Shown: in pieces, positions 42,106 through 52,565 of the stretch
Layout of the letters: each line of letters opens with the position of its first letter
Numbering within the stretch: the first letter of the stretch is position 1
IMG/VR virus record: IMGVR_UViG_3300021400_002728
Coordinates: 229,154 to 293,153 of that record
DNA length: 64,000 nucleotides
Reading direction: 5' to 3' (one strand)
Origin: a virus
Lineage: Duplodnaviria; Heunggongvirae; Uroviricota; Caudoviricetes
Position numbers and translations under genes: made by a program
Notes under the pieces: generated by a model
The model's input: only the letters and a program-made list of their open reading frames with translations
What the model was told of the DNA's origin: nothing
Databases searched by the model: none

Positions 42106-44835
42106 TTATTTTTGATTCTTCTCACTAATAGGTACAATAACTGATCTTCCACTAGTAGCATCATATACAATTACTCTCTTGATATGTAAATCACTTCTCT
42201 TAGTAGATAGATAATGATATGCAAGAACTTGTCTTATATATCCTTCACCTATACAACCAGTAACCTTAATATCAAGAATTGTATCTTCAGTTATATAGTC
42301 AGCAAGACCTGCTATATGTGAAATAGATAAGTTTGGATCACAACAATTTGTTATATTTCCATCTGGATATAAAGTTTGCTTAACAAACTCTGCAACTTGC
42401 TTACCTTTAGATACTACTAACTTAACAAAGTATCTATAGTTGTCTTGAATAAGTGTACTTACTGATACTGACTTAATCAAAGCTCCTAATGATGTACTAC
42501 TATATGATTTAGCCATGTTTTCCTTATATTTCTGTACACATGCCTTGATGATAATACCATCATTTACAGTGTCAGACTTAGATTCTTGCATAGCTTTGTC
42601 TATATAATAACCTAAGAACTCATCACCATAAACTAAATACTTGGAATAGTACTCAACACAATATCCAAGCATAGAATTTACGCGTTTATCAATCTTGTAG
42701 TTATTCGAACCACTAAATAATTGATCTTTAGCAATTTCAAGCTCTTTTTCATATGTCATACTAAGATATTTGTTAAACTTATTATAATTACCTACTTTTG
42801 AACTAACTGCTTTTGTTTCAAACCATTGTGTTTTACCATCTACATTTGCAGCATGGAAAGATTCTACACCTAACATTGCGCTTTCATAATCATTTGTTTG
42901 TTTAGTGTATTCTTTATATAAATGAACTGCATTAAGCGGTGCTTTCTTATCATATACTGGTTGTAGATTATGTTCAATAAGGTTTATATCAAAATCTGTA
43001 CAGCGTTTCTTATACTTATTCAAATTATATGGATCAATCTGACATCTTAGAATAACTACAACATCTTGATTAGATAAATCTTGTTCAATTGCATCAAGAT
43101 TATCATTAACCTCTTCAATAATCATTTCAATATCTGTATCATCTATATTACTGATTTTGATATTTTTCATTGAACGTTCTACTAATGCGAAGAAATGATC
43201 TATATCTGCATAACCAATTTTAACTGTACTTAAATCTAAATTTTCAATGGCTTCTTTATTTTGTAGCTGTCTACGTAACTTAAAATTGACGAATGTATAA
43301 TTCTTAATCTCACGTCCATCATAATTTAGATTTACATACTTTTTGATATTATGTTTAGTGATATTTGGTCGTTTAGACTTGAAATAATCTAATACATCTT
43401 GGTCGAAAGGAATAGTAATTTTACATGCCTTTACACCATTCATAGAATAATATAGATTAGTCTTTCTATATTCAATACGACCTGTACCTTCATCAAAATA
43501 TCCTTCAGTATCAGTTACTAAGAAATGCTCAAAATCTTTACATAATACTTTTCGATATTCACCATCACTATCTATTGTATAGATACATGGTTGAACAGTT
43601 TTATGTTGATCTGAATAAAATTCTGTAAGAGGTTTAACTACATTAAAACCATATTTAGGATCTTTTACAATTTTGTACTTACCAGTTTTACCTTGAAGTT
43701 CAATAATATAAAGACCATTAGCCATTCTACCATTTTCAACTTCAACTGTTCTATTTGCTTTGATAGCTTGACAAGATATAATATTGCAGAATGCATACTG
43801 AAGTTCACCAGCTTCATCTTCACTAATTTGAAACTTTTCATTGTAATATACATAACATTCTACTGTATCATGTAACAGTTTCTTATTCTTAGGATTACAT
43901 ATATCAATTCCAGTTCCAGGATAGTTATTATTAGGATTAGGGAACTCATTGTATAAAAGAGCATTTCTTCTACAACGACCAATAACCTGAATAGTAGTCT
44001 TTACATTACCGGGTTGGTTATCCATATAAAGAACATGTGCTCTTTTAATGTTGATTCCTTCTACAATCTTAAATTTATTGATAATAACATCATATTCATT
44101 ATCATCTCTACAAATATCTGCCATATCATAAGCTTCATCTGTAATATTGATTACTTTTAGCTTATACTTTTTACAAATAATATCAAGTCTTGACATAATT
44201 TCTGGATCATCTTTAACACATCTGAAAATAGCACATGGATTGTAGTTAGGCACATTTTTATGCTGTTTCTTTACTTCCATCAATTTTTCAATAGCTTGCT
44301 CAGGTGTACCAACTTGTTGATTAACTGTACGAAGCATAAGTGTATCAGTAAAGTTACAATCAATAGCCGGATCTAAAATAGGCGTAGCTGAAAAATTGAT
44401 TACTTTGTAGCAAACTTTTTCAAGTAATTCATCATAACGGTTAGTTTTTATATGACCTTCATCACGAATCCATATACACTTAGTATCTTTAGGAATCTTA
44501 GCAATTATTTCATCTGCCTGAAGTTTACTGTTTAGTCTAAAGTCCGCAGTACCATATACAAACCAATTATCTTGCTTACAATCATCTTTTAGATCAGATC
44601 TAGTTTGATGTTGTAAACCACCTTTAGAAAGAGTAGTTACAATGAAATAGTAATTAGGAAACTTATTGATAAGTTTACTCATCATTTTAGTCTTACCTGT
44701 ACCAGTATTTGACTTAAAATCTACTCTTTTCATTTTAGTCCATAAAGGACTATCAATAATTTCAGATAACTCATTGATATATTCATCTTGTATCTGATTG
44801 ATTTTAGCAAATTCTTCCTTCTTTGATAAACTCAT
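42106..44835 (-). CDS. SF2 helicase fused to a C-terminal PD-(D/E)XK nuclease (Res-like)
   Basis: SNTGTGKT, IRDEGH, FSATP and QVIGRCRRN; C-terminal GLADYI...ILDIK...QVLAY. Confidence 0.8.
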   Translation of the reverse strand: MSLSKKEEFAKINQIQDEYINELSEIIDSPLWTKMKRVDFKSNTGTGKTKMMSKLINKFPNYYFIVTTLSKGGLQHQTRSDLKDDCKQDNWFVYGTADFRLNSKLQADEIIAKIPKDTKCIWIRDEGHIKTNRYDELLEKVCYKVINFSATPILDPAIDCNFTDTLMLRTVNQQVGTPEQAIEKLMEVKKQHKNVPNYNPCAIFRCVKDDPEIMSRLDIICKKYKLKVINITDEAYDMADICRDDNEYDVIINKFKIVEGINIKRAHVLYMDNQPGNVKTTIQVIGRCRRNALLYNEFPNPNNNYPGTGIDICNPKNKKLLHDTVECYVYYNEKFQISEDEAGELQYAFCNIISCQAIKANRTVEVENGRMANGLYIIELQGKTGKYKIVKDPKYGFNVVKPLTEFYSDQHKTVQPCIYTIDSDGEYRKVLCKDFEHFLVTDTEGYFDEGTGRIEYRKTNLYYSMNGVKACKITIPFDQDVLDYFKSKRPNITKHNIKKYVNLNYDGREIKNYTFVNFKLRRQLQNKEAIENLDLSTVKIGYADIDHFFALVERSMKNIKISNIDDTDIEMIIEEVNDNLDAIEQDLSNQDVVVILRCQIDPYNLNKYKKRCTDFDINLIEHNLQPVYDKKAPLNAVHLYKEYTKQTNDYESAMLGVESFHAANVDGKTQWFETKAVSSKVGNYNKFNKYLSMTYEKELEIAKDQLFSGSNNYKIDKRVNSMLGYCVEYYSKYLVYGDEFLGYYIDKAMQESKSDTVNDGIIIKACVQKYKENMAKSYSSTSLGALIKSVSVSTLIQDNYRYFVKLVVSKGKQVAEFVKQTLYPDGNITNCCDPNLSISHIAGLADYITEDTILDIKVTGCIGEGYIRQVLAYHYLSTKRSDLHIKRVIVYDATSGRSVIVPISEKNQK

Positions 44836-44847
44836 AATTCCTTTCCT

Positions 44848-45630
44848 CTATTCATCTGCATCTTCTAACTCATTATTAAGTATCTGATTACTTAATTTTG
44901 TAGATTTAGATTTAGCTTGTACTTCTTCTGCCTGTGTTATATAGTCTGTTCCATATTTCTTTTTAACACCTTGCTTATACTCTTCTTTTCCTTTTTCAGA
45001 TTTCATATTATGGCCAGTTCCGTAGTGTTTTATATAAGTTTGTTTACATTTTTCTTTAACTATATCAGATTGAAAAGGATTTTCAACACCATAATGATCT
45101 AATGTAGTTTGTTTACGTTTCTCTTTTGCAGATTCAATCTGTCCAGTATAATCTACACCATAAGTTTGTTGTATAGTAGAAATTCGTATAGACTCATATT
45201 CAGCAGTCTTCTGATATTCATATTGGCAAGCTCTACTACATGTTTTATTATATCCAGTCATAATAGTTCCAAATTTAGTAGGTTTTCCGCAGATTCTACA
45301 CACACCTTCTTTAAGAAACTTATCATAATAATCTTTTGTAGTAAGTCCATGTTTTTTACAATGACTTGGCATACCTAAAGCATTAGTTTCTTGACCACAT
45401 ATTCTACAAATTATCTTTTGTGATTGATTCTTACATGACTTACATAGTTTATGATAACCATTAGATAGGCTAATAAAGTCCGCTTCTTTTCCGCATTTTT
45501 CACAAATACCTTCAGATTCAGCTTTAATATACCTATCATAATATCTTTTATCACTTAAATGATGAGAAAAATGAATATGGTATGCAAAGCCTGCATCAGT
45601 AAATTCTTGATTACATATTTGACATATCAT
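44848..45630 (-). CDS. Zn-finger/YGV-repeat protein without nuclease domain
   Basis: Two CxIC..H..H + CxxCGK modules and YGV repeats; ends without a catalytic motif. Confidence 0.75.
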   Translation of the reverse strand: MICQICNQEFTDAGFAYHIHFSHHLSDKRYYDRYIKAESEGICEKCGKEADFISLSNGYHKLCKSCKNQSQKIICRICGQETNALGMPSHCKKHGLTTKDYYDKFLKEGVCRICGKPTKFGTIMTGYNKTCSRACQYEYQKTAEYESIRISTIQQTYGVDYTGQIESAKEKRKQTTLDHYGVENPFQSDIVKEKCKQTYIKHYGTGHNMKSEKGKEEYKQGVKKKYGTDYITQAEEVQAKSKSTKLSNQILNNELEDADE

Positions 45631-45642
45631 AATTATTTCTCC

Positions 45643-46491
45643 TTATTCATCTGGATCATCAATTTCAGAATCTAATTTTTTATTTTCATAGTGCTGTATT
45701 TGTTTAGATTTAGTTTTAACTTCACGTAGCATCAATATATTTTCTACACCATATTTTTCTTTATTAGTTTTACATATTTTATCTTTTATCTTTTTATTTT
45801 GCCCAACATATTCTACACCATATTTTTTCTTATTAGTATTTTTTATTTTTTCTCTAATTTCTGGCGCAGATAAACTATATTCAACTCCATATTTTTCTAA
45901 ATTATGTTGTTTTATTTTTTCTTTGACTTCTGGTATTGATAAATTACAGTTAACTCCATACTTGTCTAAAATAGTCTGTTTTGATTTTTTCTTAATCACT
46001 TCAGCTTGGCCTGCATATTCTACACCATACTTTTTAATATTAGTGTGTTTAATTTTTTCTTTAATACTATCTAATTGAAATGGATTTTCAGTTCCATACT
46101 TTTTAAGATTAGTTTTCTTACGTTTTTCTTTTGCATTTTTAGATTGACCTGCGTTTTTAACACCATACTTTTCTAAATTACACTTTTCCATTTTTATTTG
46201 TATTTCATTTGACTGCAATGCATGTTTGACTCCATAATTATTTAACATGCTCTGTTCTCTTTTTTCTCGATCAATTGGATTCAAATTTGAACATCTATTA
46301 CTACAATTACGTTTATATCCATAAAATAATCCATCAAAAGCTGTTTCTTTTCCACATACTTGACAAATACCTTCATTTGGTTGTTTTAGATATTTGTCAT
46401 AATAATCTTTTGTCGAAATACTATGTGTTCTTAAATGATTTATAGCACCTTTTTTAGTATTAAATTCTTTTCCGCAAATCTCACACTTCAT
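45643..46491 (-). CDS. Zn-finger/KYGV-repeat protein without nuclease domain
   Basis: One Zn module and about 8 KYG(V/T) repeats; no catalytic motif. Confidence 0.75.
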   Translation of the reverse strand: MKCEICGKEFNTKKGAINHLRTHSISTKDYYDKYLKQPNEGICQVCGKETAFDGLFYGYKRNCSNRCSNLNPIDREKREQSMLNNYGVKHALQSNEIQIKMEKCNLEKYGVKNAGQSKNAKEKRKKTNLKKYGTENPFQLDSIKEKIKHTNIKKYGVEYAGQAEVIKKKSKQTILDKYGVNCNLSIPEVKEKIKQHNLEKYGVEYSLSAPEIREKIKNTNKKKYGVEYVGQNKKIKDKICKTNKEKYGVENILMLREVKTKSKQIQHYENKKLDSEIDDPDE

Positions 46492-46499
46492 ATAATTAC

Positions 46500-47150
46500 C
46501 TACTTCTTAATTGATTTCTTTAAGATCTTATTATAATCATCTAAAGTTTTAATACAATAAGAAATACTATATTCTAAATCACTAAAGCTTAGTGCAAACC
46601 ATTTTTGATACAATGTATTTCCATTATTTTTAGTAGGATAAACTTTTAAGTAGATATACGATTTATTTTTAGATGGTTTATTATTACAGCCTTTTATAGA
46701 TAAATATATTATATCATTTGGTTGTCTTATAAATTTAGACCAAGTAGAATAAATATCTGTTAATATATAAGTTCCATCTAATCCAAACTTAGGATGTCGA
46801 TTAGTTTCAAGTGGATGAGCTACAATAAACGAACGTATTGCTATTACAAATTTATGTATCTCATTATACTTACTAGACGTAATTAAATTTATACTAAATG
46901 TGTCATTTAATTCTTTATAAATACAATCAACTGCTTCAATTGCCCACCATGTATACGTAACTGCTGCTAATATATCTGATCTGCTTAAATCCTCTATAGA
47001 TTTTTTAATTATTTCATCAAAATCATTACATATATGACTAAGTTGTTCCAAATAATTTTGAGAATTATAATTAGACTCACCTAATGTCTTACTAAGTCGA
47101 TCATTTATTTTTTCTTTATTATGAAATACCATCCATTCATCTTTTAACAT
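46500..47150 (-). CDS. Hypothetical protein
   Basis: ORF with SD. An RSFIVAH segment could be a HEPN-like RxxxxH (weak). Confidence 0.65.
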   Translation of the reverse strand: MLKDEWMVFHNKEKINDRLSKTLGESNYNSQNYLEQLSHICNDFDEIIKKSIEDLSRSDILAAVTYTWWAIEAVDCIYKELNDTFSINLITSSKYNEIHKFVIAIRSFIVAHPLETNRHPKFGLDGTYILTDIYSTWSKFIRQPNDIIYLSIKGCNNKPSKNKSYIYLKVYPTKNNGNTLYQKWFALSFSDLEYSISYCIKTLDDYNKILKKSIKK

Positions 47151-47220
47151 ATATTACCTCTCTTAGAATTAAAAATAAAAGAGGCAACTAGAAGTTACCT
47201 CCTTATTATAATTAAATAGT

Positions 47221-47688
47221 TCAAATTACCATTGATGTTTTAGTCCATTCAACCAGTTCGATATTATGTTCCTTAAACCATCTAATTAGTCCAGTTCTTT
47301 CTGAACATGGATTATCTGGTTTTTCATACACTATAAAACAAACATCTTGAGTATTGTATTGAGTGTTGAGTTCTTTAAGCTTATCAACAATTTGTGTAAA
47401 ATCAAGTGTATCTAAATGGTTGTTATATTTCTTTAAGAAATTACATGAATCTGGAGTATGTTTGCAAGGTGTACCTTTTTGAGGACAGTCATTTTCTGGA
47501 TCATATAAAGATATTGGTGCAAACTCATCCATTCTAACACCATTTACTACATTTCGTTTATCTCTGAATACGACATTAGATTTACCAAAATTATGAAACC
47601 ATTTTGGATCCCATGCTGCAGTAGATACTGGAAGCAAGTTTTCAGGAAAAAATCTAATGTTATAAAAGTATGATATATAAATGTTCAT
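47221..47688 (-). CDS. DUF488-like protein
   Basis: IYISYF...CFIVYEKP..CSER..LIRW pattern. Confidence 0.55.
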   Translation of the reverse strand: MNIYISYFYNIRFFPENLLPVSTAAWDPKWFHNFGKSNVVFRDKRNVVNGVRMDEFAPISLYDPENDCPQKGTPCKHTPDSCNFLKKYNNHLDTLDFTQIVDKLKELNTQYNTQDVCFIVYEKPDNPCSERTGLIRWFKEHNIELVEWTKTSMVI

Positions 47689-47704
47689 AATTAGATTTCC
47701 TTCC

Positions 47705-48775
47705 TTACAAATTTGCTAAATTCACATTTTTATAAGACTCATCGTCTGTTACTTCTTTGATTACCTCTATCTCCTTAGGAATAGAGATTTCATCATCTTC
47801 TTTAGAAAGTTCAATTTCAAGAATTGCTTCGTCTTTCCAGAAAGGATATACATCAAGCTCTAAGTAACAGTTATTGTAAGTCATACAATATCTAGTCTTA
47901 CGAATCTGATGTTTTGAGGTATCAGCATTCATAAGTTCTGCAAGATATTCATCTTTAGATAGTCTTCTTTCAAGCTCAAGTCTCTTAATATCAGATACTT
48001 TACGCTTAGTAGTCTTAGTATAGATATAATTACCATCTTTACCTCTCTGACGAACTCTAACTTCTTCATTAGGTTCACTATTAAGATATGTCTGAATAAT
48101 TTCTACCTTTTCTACATTAGGTAAAGATTCTAACCATTTAATATTAGGATATTTGATTAAGAACTTTCTTTCAATTTCAAATGGTTCAGGTTCACCTAAG
48201 AAAGCTGTAATCTCTTTCAAAAGTCTCTTAATCTTTTCATCAAAATAAGTACTATTATCAATTACTCTAAAATGAGGATGACCTGTCCAAGATTCAAGAA
48301 GAGCATCATCTGCCTTAGCTGCTTCTTCAGGAGTTTCTCTTCTTGCTGCATTATTAGCAGTAGTATAGAATTCTGCTGCACCTTTAGCTGCAGTTACTAA
48401 GTGGAATACTGCATCATAATGATCTCTTAATTCAATCTCAGTAGTATTAAATTCTTTTAAGAGATTCTCCCATTCATCTTTAGACATATAACCTTTGCTA
48501 TCAAGAGCACCTCTGTCAAGAACTATAATAACCTTGCCACCAATATCATTAGCATAATCATCATAGATACGTTCTTTTTGTAACTGATAATCTAACAAGT
48601 GCTTCTGGAAGTTTGGATCCATAGGACTAACTCCACTGGTCATAATTTCTGTGGCAGATTCAGCTATAAATAATACTCTATAGCCTAGCTGTCCCAGTTC
48701 AGACTGAATTCTACTCATAGCAGTAGACTTACCTGCACATGGACCACCTGTAATAACAATTTTAGTTACACTCAT
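47705..48775 (-). CDS. P-loop NTPase (AAA_28-like) fused to a CYTH domain
   Basis: ITGGPCAGKST and LDRG; EIERKFL, IIQTYL, VRVRQR, IRKTRY and ELDVY. Confidence 0.88.
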   Translation of the reverse strand: MSVTKIVITGGPCAGKSTAMSRIQSELGQLGYRVLFIAESATEIMTSGVSPMDPNFQKHLLDYQLQKERIYDDYANDIGGKVIIVLDRGALDSKGYMSKDEWENLLKEFNTTEIELRDHYDAVFHLVTAAKGAAEFYTTANNAARRETPEEAAKADDALLESWTGHPHFRVIDNSTYFDEKIKRLLKEITAFLGEPEPFEIERKFLIKYPNIKWLESLPNVEKVEIIQTYLNSEPNEEVRVRQRGKDGNYIYTKTTKRKVSDIKRLELERRLSKDEYLAELMNADTSKHQIRKTRYCMTYNNCYLELDVYPFWKDEAILEIELSKEDDEISIPKEIEVIKEVTDDESYKNVNLANL

Positions 48776-48821
48776 TTTTTAACTTCCTTTCTTAATCAAG
48801 ATTCTTTTATTTCTTCTATTT

Positions 48822-49508
48822 TTAATTCATTTCAGGATCCCATTCATTTGGATGAAGTGACCATGCGCCTTCTGAACCATATGCATAGACAAAGTAAAAA
48901 CATTTATCTTCTGAATTATATCTAACATTAGTAATACGTTTTTGAAGTTCTAATTCAGTAAGTTTTGCAGTTAATAATGCGTAGCGAGTTTTATCATCAG
49001 CTTTCTGGAACTTTTCACTGTCAGATACTTCCTGTAATTCTTCATTTACATCTCCCATATCTTCAAGGAGTTCTTCATCAGTTCCATCAATCATTTTAAC
49101 TTCAAAACCATCAATTGGTTTAGCAACAGGATCATCAAGTTCAATTATATGATTGATACTTAATTCAGTCCAACCATTATCTTTACCTATCTGAATAACT
49201 TCTTGTAAGTCTTTATCAGTAGTAAAAGTAGCTACACCATTTGCAAATTCAACTAATGTAATATCATATAATTCTGCAATATCTTCGGCTTCTGCCTGTG
49301 AGTCAGCTAAACACATTAGTTCAGCTCCTTCTACAACCGGTTGTTGGAATACATCACCTATAGGTGTAAATGTTCCATCACCTTTAGAAGGTTTCCAGGT
49401 GACCTCTGGTGATCCATTCTCATCTAGCTTTAATGATATATTACCACCACATCCAACTAATCCAGTTAGACACATGGTAACTACTAGAAATAATACTAAA
49501 CGTTTCAT
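48822..49508 (-). CDS. Lipoprotein
   Basis: Lipobox LVGC after a hydrophobic signal. Confidence 0.7.
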   Translation of the reverse strand: MKRLVLFLVVTMCLTGLVGCGGNISLKLDENGSPEVTWKPSKGDGTFTPIGDVFQQPVVEGAELMCLADSQAEAEDIAELYDITLVEFANGVATFTTDKDLQEVIQIGKDNGWTELSINHIIELDDPVAKPIDGFEVKMIDGTDEELLEDMGDVNEELQEVSDSEKFQKADDKTRYALLTAKLTELELQKRITNVRYNSEDKCFYFVYAYGSEGAWSLHPNEWDPEMN

Positions 49509-49513
49509 TGCAT

Positions 49514-51289
49514 TTACTCCTTTTCAAAATACTTTTTAACAAAATCATAAGTAGCCACAATAAGTTTTTCAGGATTGGTTCCATTAAAACTCATTCGTCT
49601 TTCAGATTCTGTTACTGATTCAACTTTATGTGCCAATGTATGGCTAATGAATCGAGTATTGATAACACAGAAATCTGAGTATTTTGCAACATCCACACCA
49701 GTACTAATATTATTTTTATCTACCTGATCTACATTAACCCAACCATACTCGTTGAGTTTACCAAGTAGTTCAGTTCTACCACCAACCATGAGAATCTTAA
49801 AGTCATTAAGCATAGCTACCATTTCTTCTAATGTAGTTGCGCTTATTTCTTCATCTTCTTCAAGGCTATCTTCATCAGTATAGAAGTCATCAATTCTCTT
49901 ATTGAGTTCAGAGTTCTTTTCTACTAGATCACTAATAGTTTTTGTCTTGTTCTCAATAATAGACTGAGCTTCAGCTAGCTGTTTCTTAAGTGATTCTATC
50001 TCTTCACTTTCAATATTTTTGCATTGACGTTCAGCATCTTTATATAGATTATGCTGACGCTCCACTTCTGCCATAAGTTTGTCATTAGAATCCTTAAGAG
50101 TAAGAATAGCATTAACATATTCTTGTTCACGATTTACCATTAATTTTGTTGAAGATAAGTAGAATAATTCACCAATAGCGGCAAACAAATTATAGATATT
50201 TGAATAATGCATATTGATGTTCTTATTATACTGAATCTGATCTATGTTATGACGATTCATAAATAAAACAACTTCCTCATAATAATGCTTCACAAACTTT
50301 TGACTATTGATTGTAAAGACAACATTATTAGGTTGATCATAAACAAACATATTTAATGTATTGAACTCAGCTTTTTGATTAAGTCCTTTGCCCTTTAATG
50401 CTTTAGACTGATTATCATCTCCTATACATGACTTAATCACTTTATCAATCTCTTTTATGATTCTGTCATCATGATAGGAAATTGCGGGAGTTCTTTCACA
50501 GTCAAATCCATAATTGTACAGTAATCTATAATACAAAGACCATACTAAGTAAATAGATATTCCTCTACAATCAGTGATTTTTCTTATTTTATCTGTACCG
50601 GGAATAGTGTATTCTATTGCCCCAAATTTAAGATCAGAATCTTTACTTAACCAAGGCTGTTTTACATCAAAATCAATATTTGGATTAAGATAATCACTAA
50701 ACATAGTAAGTAGACTTAAGTTAGTAAAACTTAATATGTCAAAAAATACTTCCCAATACGTCTGAGGATCAACTAACCATATTAGCATTAGCCAATCTGC
50801 ATACCTTAATAATGTCTGATGTCCAGACCGATCATAATGTGTCCTCATCATAAAATATAAGTTGAATGCCTCATTATAATCATTGCCTTCTTCAGCTAAA
50901 CTACTCATAACATCATAGATATTTTCTACATCTTCACAAGATGAAAATACATTATTGACACTACTTGTAAACATTGAACAAAACTGAGCAACACTACTAT
51001 GACAGTCATCTTCTTTAGCTGAACAAAGACCTAAATACAAAAGTTCCAAAATACCAATAGAATAAAGTCCGATATAATCAAGCTCAATAGCTTCATCATC
51101 TTTTGAGAAGATCTTCGGAACTATAGACATCTTGTCAGTATTTACTTTGACTTTGCTTAGATCTGCATACTCAAACTTACTACCAGTAACACAAAATTGA
51201 TTTCTAAATTTCATGTTACAACCAGGAATTTTTGTGCTGAGAAATTTCTCTTGGTCTGATAATTCTTCATTAAATTTGAGAATATTCAC
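49514..51289 (-). CDS. Hypothetical protein with coiled coil and DUF2325-like C-terminus
   Basis: Coiled coil followed by ILMVGG...DFCVINTRFISH. Confidence 0.6.
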   Translation of the reverse strand: MNILKFNEELSDQEKFLSTKIPGCNMKFRNQFCVTGSKFEYADLSKVKVNTDKMSIVPKIFSKDDEAIELDYIGLYSIGILELLYLGLCSAKEDDCHSSVAQFCSMFTSSVNNVFSSCEDVENIYDVMSSLAEEGNDYNEAFNLYFMMRTHYDRSGHQTLLRYADWLMLIWLVDPQTYWEVFFDILSFTNLSLLTMFSDYLNPNIDFDVKQPWLSKDSDLKFGAIEYTIPGTDKIRKITDCRGISIYLVWSLYYRLLYNYGFDCERTPAISYHDDRIIKEIDKVIKSCIGDDNQSKALKGKGLNQKAEFNTLNMFVYDQPNNVVFTINSQKFVKHYYEEVVLFMNRHNIDQIQYNKNINMHYSNIYNLFAAIGELFYLSSTKLMVNREQEYVNAILTLKDSNDKLMAEVERQHNLYKDAERQCKNIESEEIESLKKQLAEAQSIIENKTKTISDLVEKNSELNKRIDDFYTDEDSLEEDEEISATTLEEMVAMLNDFKILMVGGRTELLGKLNEYGWVNVDQVDKNNISTGVDVAKYSDFCVINTRFISHTLAHKVESVTESERRMSFNGTNPEKLIVATYDFVKKYFEKE

Positions 51290-51789
51290 TGTTTCCTCCT
51301 TTTAATATAAGTAACTAAATTCATAATAACTGTGATAATTCTACCAGCAGCTACTATGTATAAACCAGTTGCAGTATTATATATAAACCAGGCACTATTG
51401 CCGATTATATTACCGATTCTAAGTTTTTGTGTGGTATCGTAAAACCACATATAATAACATACATAGCACGGCATTAACATTGGAATTAATTGCCAAGCAT
51501 TCTCTATAGTCATTATTCCAACTACTATATGAACCATTATAAAGAAAATTGGAATAATTGGATGCCATTTCCTTGTTTTTATTTTATCTTTATATATATA
51601 TATGAATGATCTAACACAGATGATTATATAAAAATAGACTGTTGGCCAATCTTTATTTAATATATAACACAACATATTAGCAGTATTAAAAAGAAAAGTA
51701 ACTAAGAAAATATTTTTCTTTTTCTCAGTTGTCGCTATATAATACTGTATAATACATACTAGTATTTGTGCTAAGATTAATTTTATCAT
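51286..51789 (-). CDS. YgjV-like multi-pass membrane protein
   Basis: Several TM segments; LRIGNII...WFIYN. Confidence 0.65.
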   Translation of the reverse strand: MIKLILAQILVCIIQYYIATTEKKKNIFLVTFLFNTANMLCYILNKDWPTVYFYIIICVRSFIYIYKDKIKTRKWHPIIPIFFIMVHIVVGIMTIENAWQLIPMLMPCYVCYYMWFYDTTQKLRIGNIIGNSAWFIYNTATGLYIVAAGRIITVIMNLVTYIKRRKQ

Positions 51790-51807
51790 ATTAACCTCTA
51801 TATTTAT

Positions 51808-51836
51808 ATAATAACATGTTTTATTGCATTTGTAAA
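51808..51836 (-). promoter_or_regulatory. Sigma-A-type promoter
   Basis: TTTACA, 17 nt spacer, TG-n-TATTAT. Confidence 0.65.
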
Positions 51837-51858
51837 TAATTTCCCTACCAAAAAATTG

Positions 51859-52485
51859 TTATCGGTTATCACAACTTACCAATAACAAGAATAAGTCTTT
51901 ATCTAAGTTATCTGTGCATAATATTTGATATGCGCTATACTTAGATTTAGCTTCTCTATATGGACGATCTTCTGTCATAGCATCATATCGATCACATAGA
52001 GATACAAGTCTAGTGGCAGTGCTAATCTCACAGATATTATCTGGATAGCCAGTACCATCAATACTCTCATGATGATGTAGTACGATGTCCTTAACCATAT
52101 CAGAAAATTGAACTTTGCATTCTGGAGTAGATGTGTTTTCTAATTCAATTAGTTTATTATACCCTAGTTTTGGATGTTCCATAAGGATGCGGACCTCTTC
52201 AATTGTTAATTCCTCCTTCTTATGCAACACCTCTTTTGGTATGTCTAATTTTCCAATATCATGTAACAGCGCTCCACGAATACAATCCATTCTGTTATCA
52301 ATCATATCCGCTCTCATGTTTTTACCAACTTGAGAATAGCAAATTTCCGCAGTCAAGTATGCTACGTTAAGCGAATGTCTAAACACCTCTGGTAATTCTT
52401 TTGACATTTTATGCATTATTCTCGCTATTCCTGGTTCAACTAAGATTCTAGCCACTAATAAGTTTGGTTGATCTTGGTTATTCAT
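51859..52485 (-). CDS. HD-GYP phosphodiesterase
   Basis: HSLNVA, LLHDIGK, HP..G, HHESIDGTGYP and DRYDAMTEDRPYR. The likely start is MNNQ at 52485. Confidence 0.92.
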   Translation of the reverse strand: MNNQDQPNLLVARILVEPGIARIMHKMSKELPEVFRHSLNVAYLTAEICYSQVGKNMRADMIDNRMDCIRGALLHDIGKLDIPKEVLHKKEELTIEEVRILMEHPKLGYNKLIELENTSTPECKVQFSDMVKDIVLHHHESIDGTGYPDNICEISTATRLVSLCDRYDAMTEDRPYREAKSKYSAYQILCTDNLDKDLFLLLVSCDNR

Positions 52486-52506
52486 GGTAATTCTCTCTCC
52501 TAAAAT

Positions 52507-52544
52507 AAAAAATGGATGCAAGCCATGCAGACTTGCATCCATTT
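52507..52544 (-). terminator. Intrinsic terminator
   Basis: AAUGGAUGCAAG/CUUGCAUCCAUU stem plus U tract. Confidence 0.8.
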
Positions 52545-52565
52545 GATTATTGAGTTACTTACTTA

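Noticed and set aside
46500-47150. HEPN ribonuclease call
   Set aside because: It rests only on a loosely spaced R...H segment, which is insufficient without a profile search.
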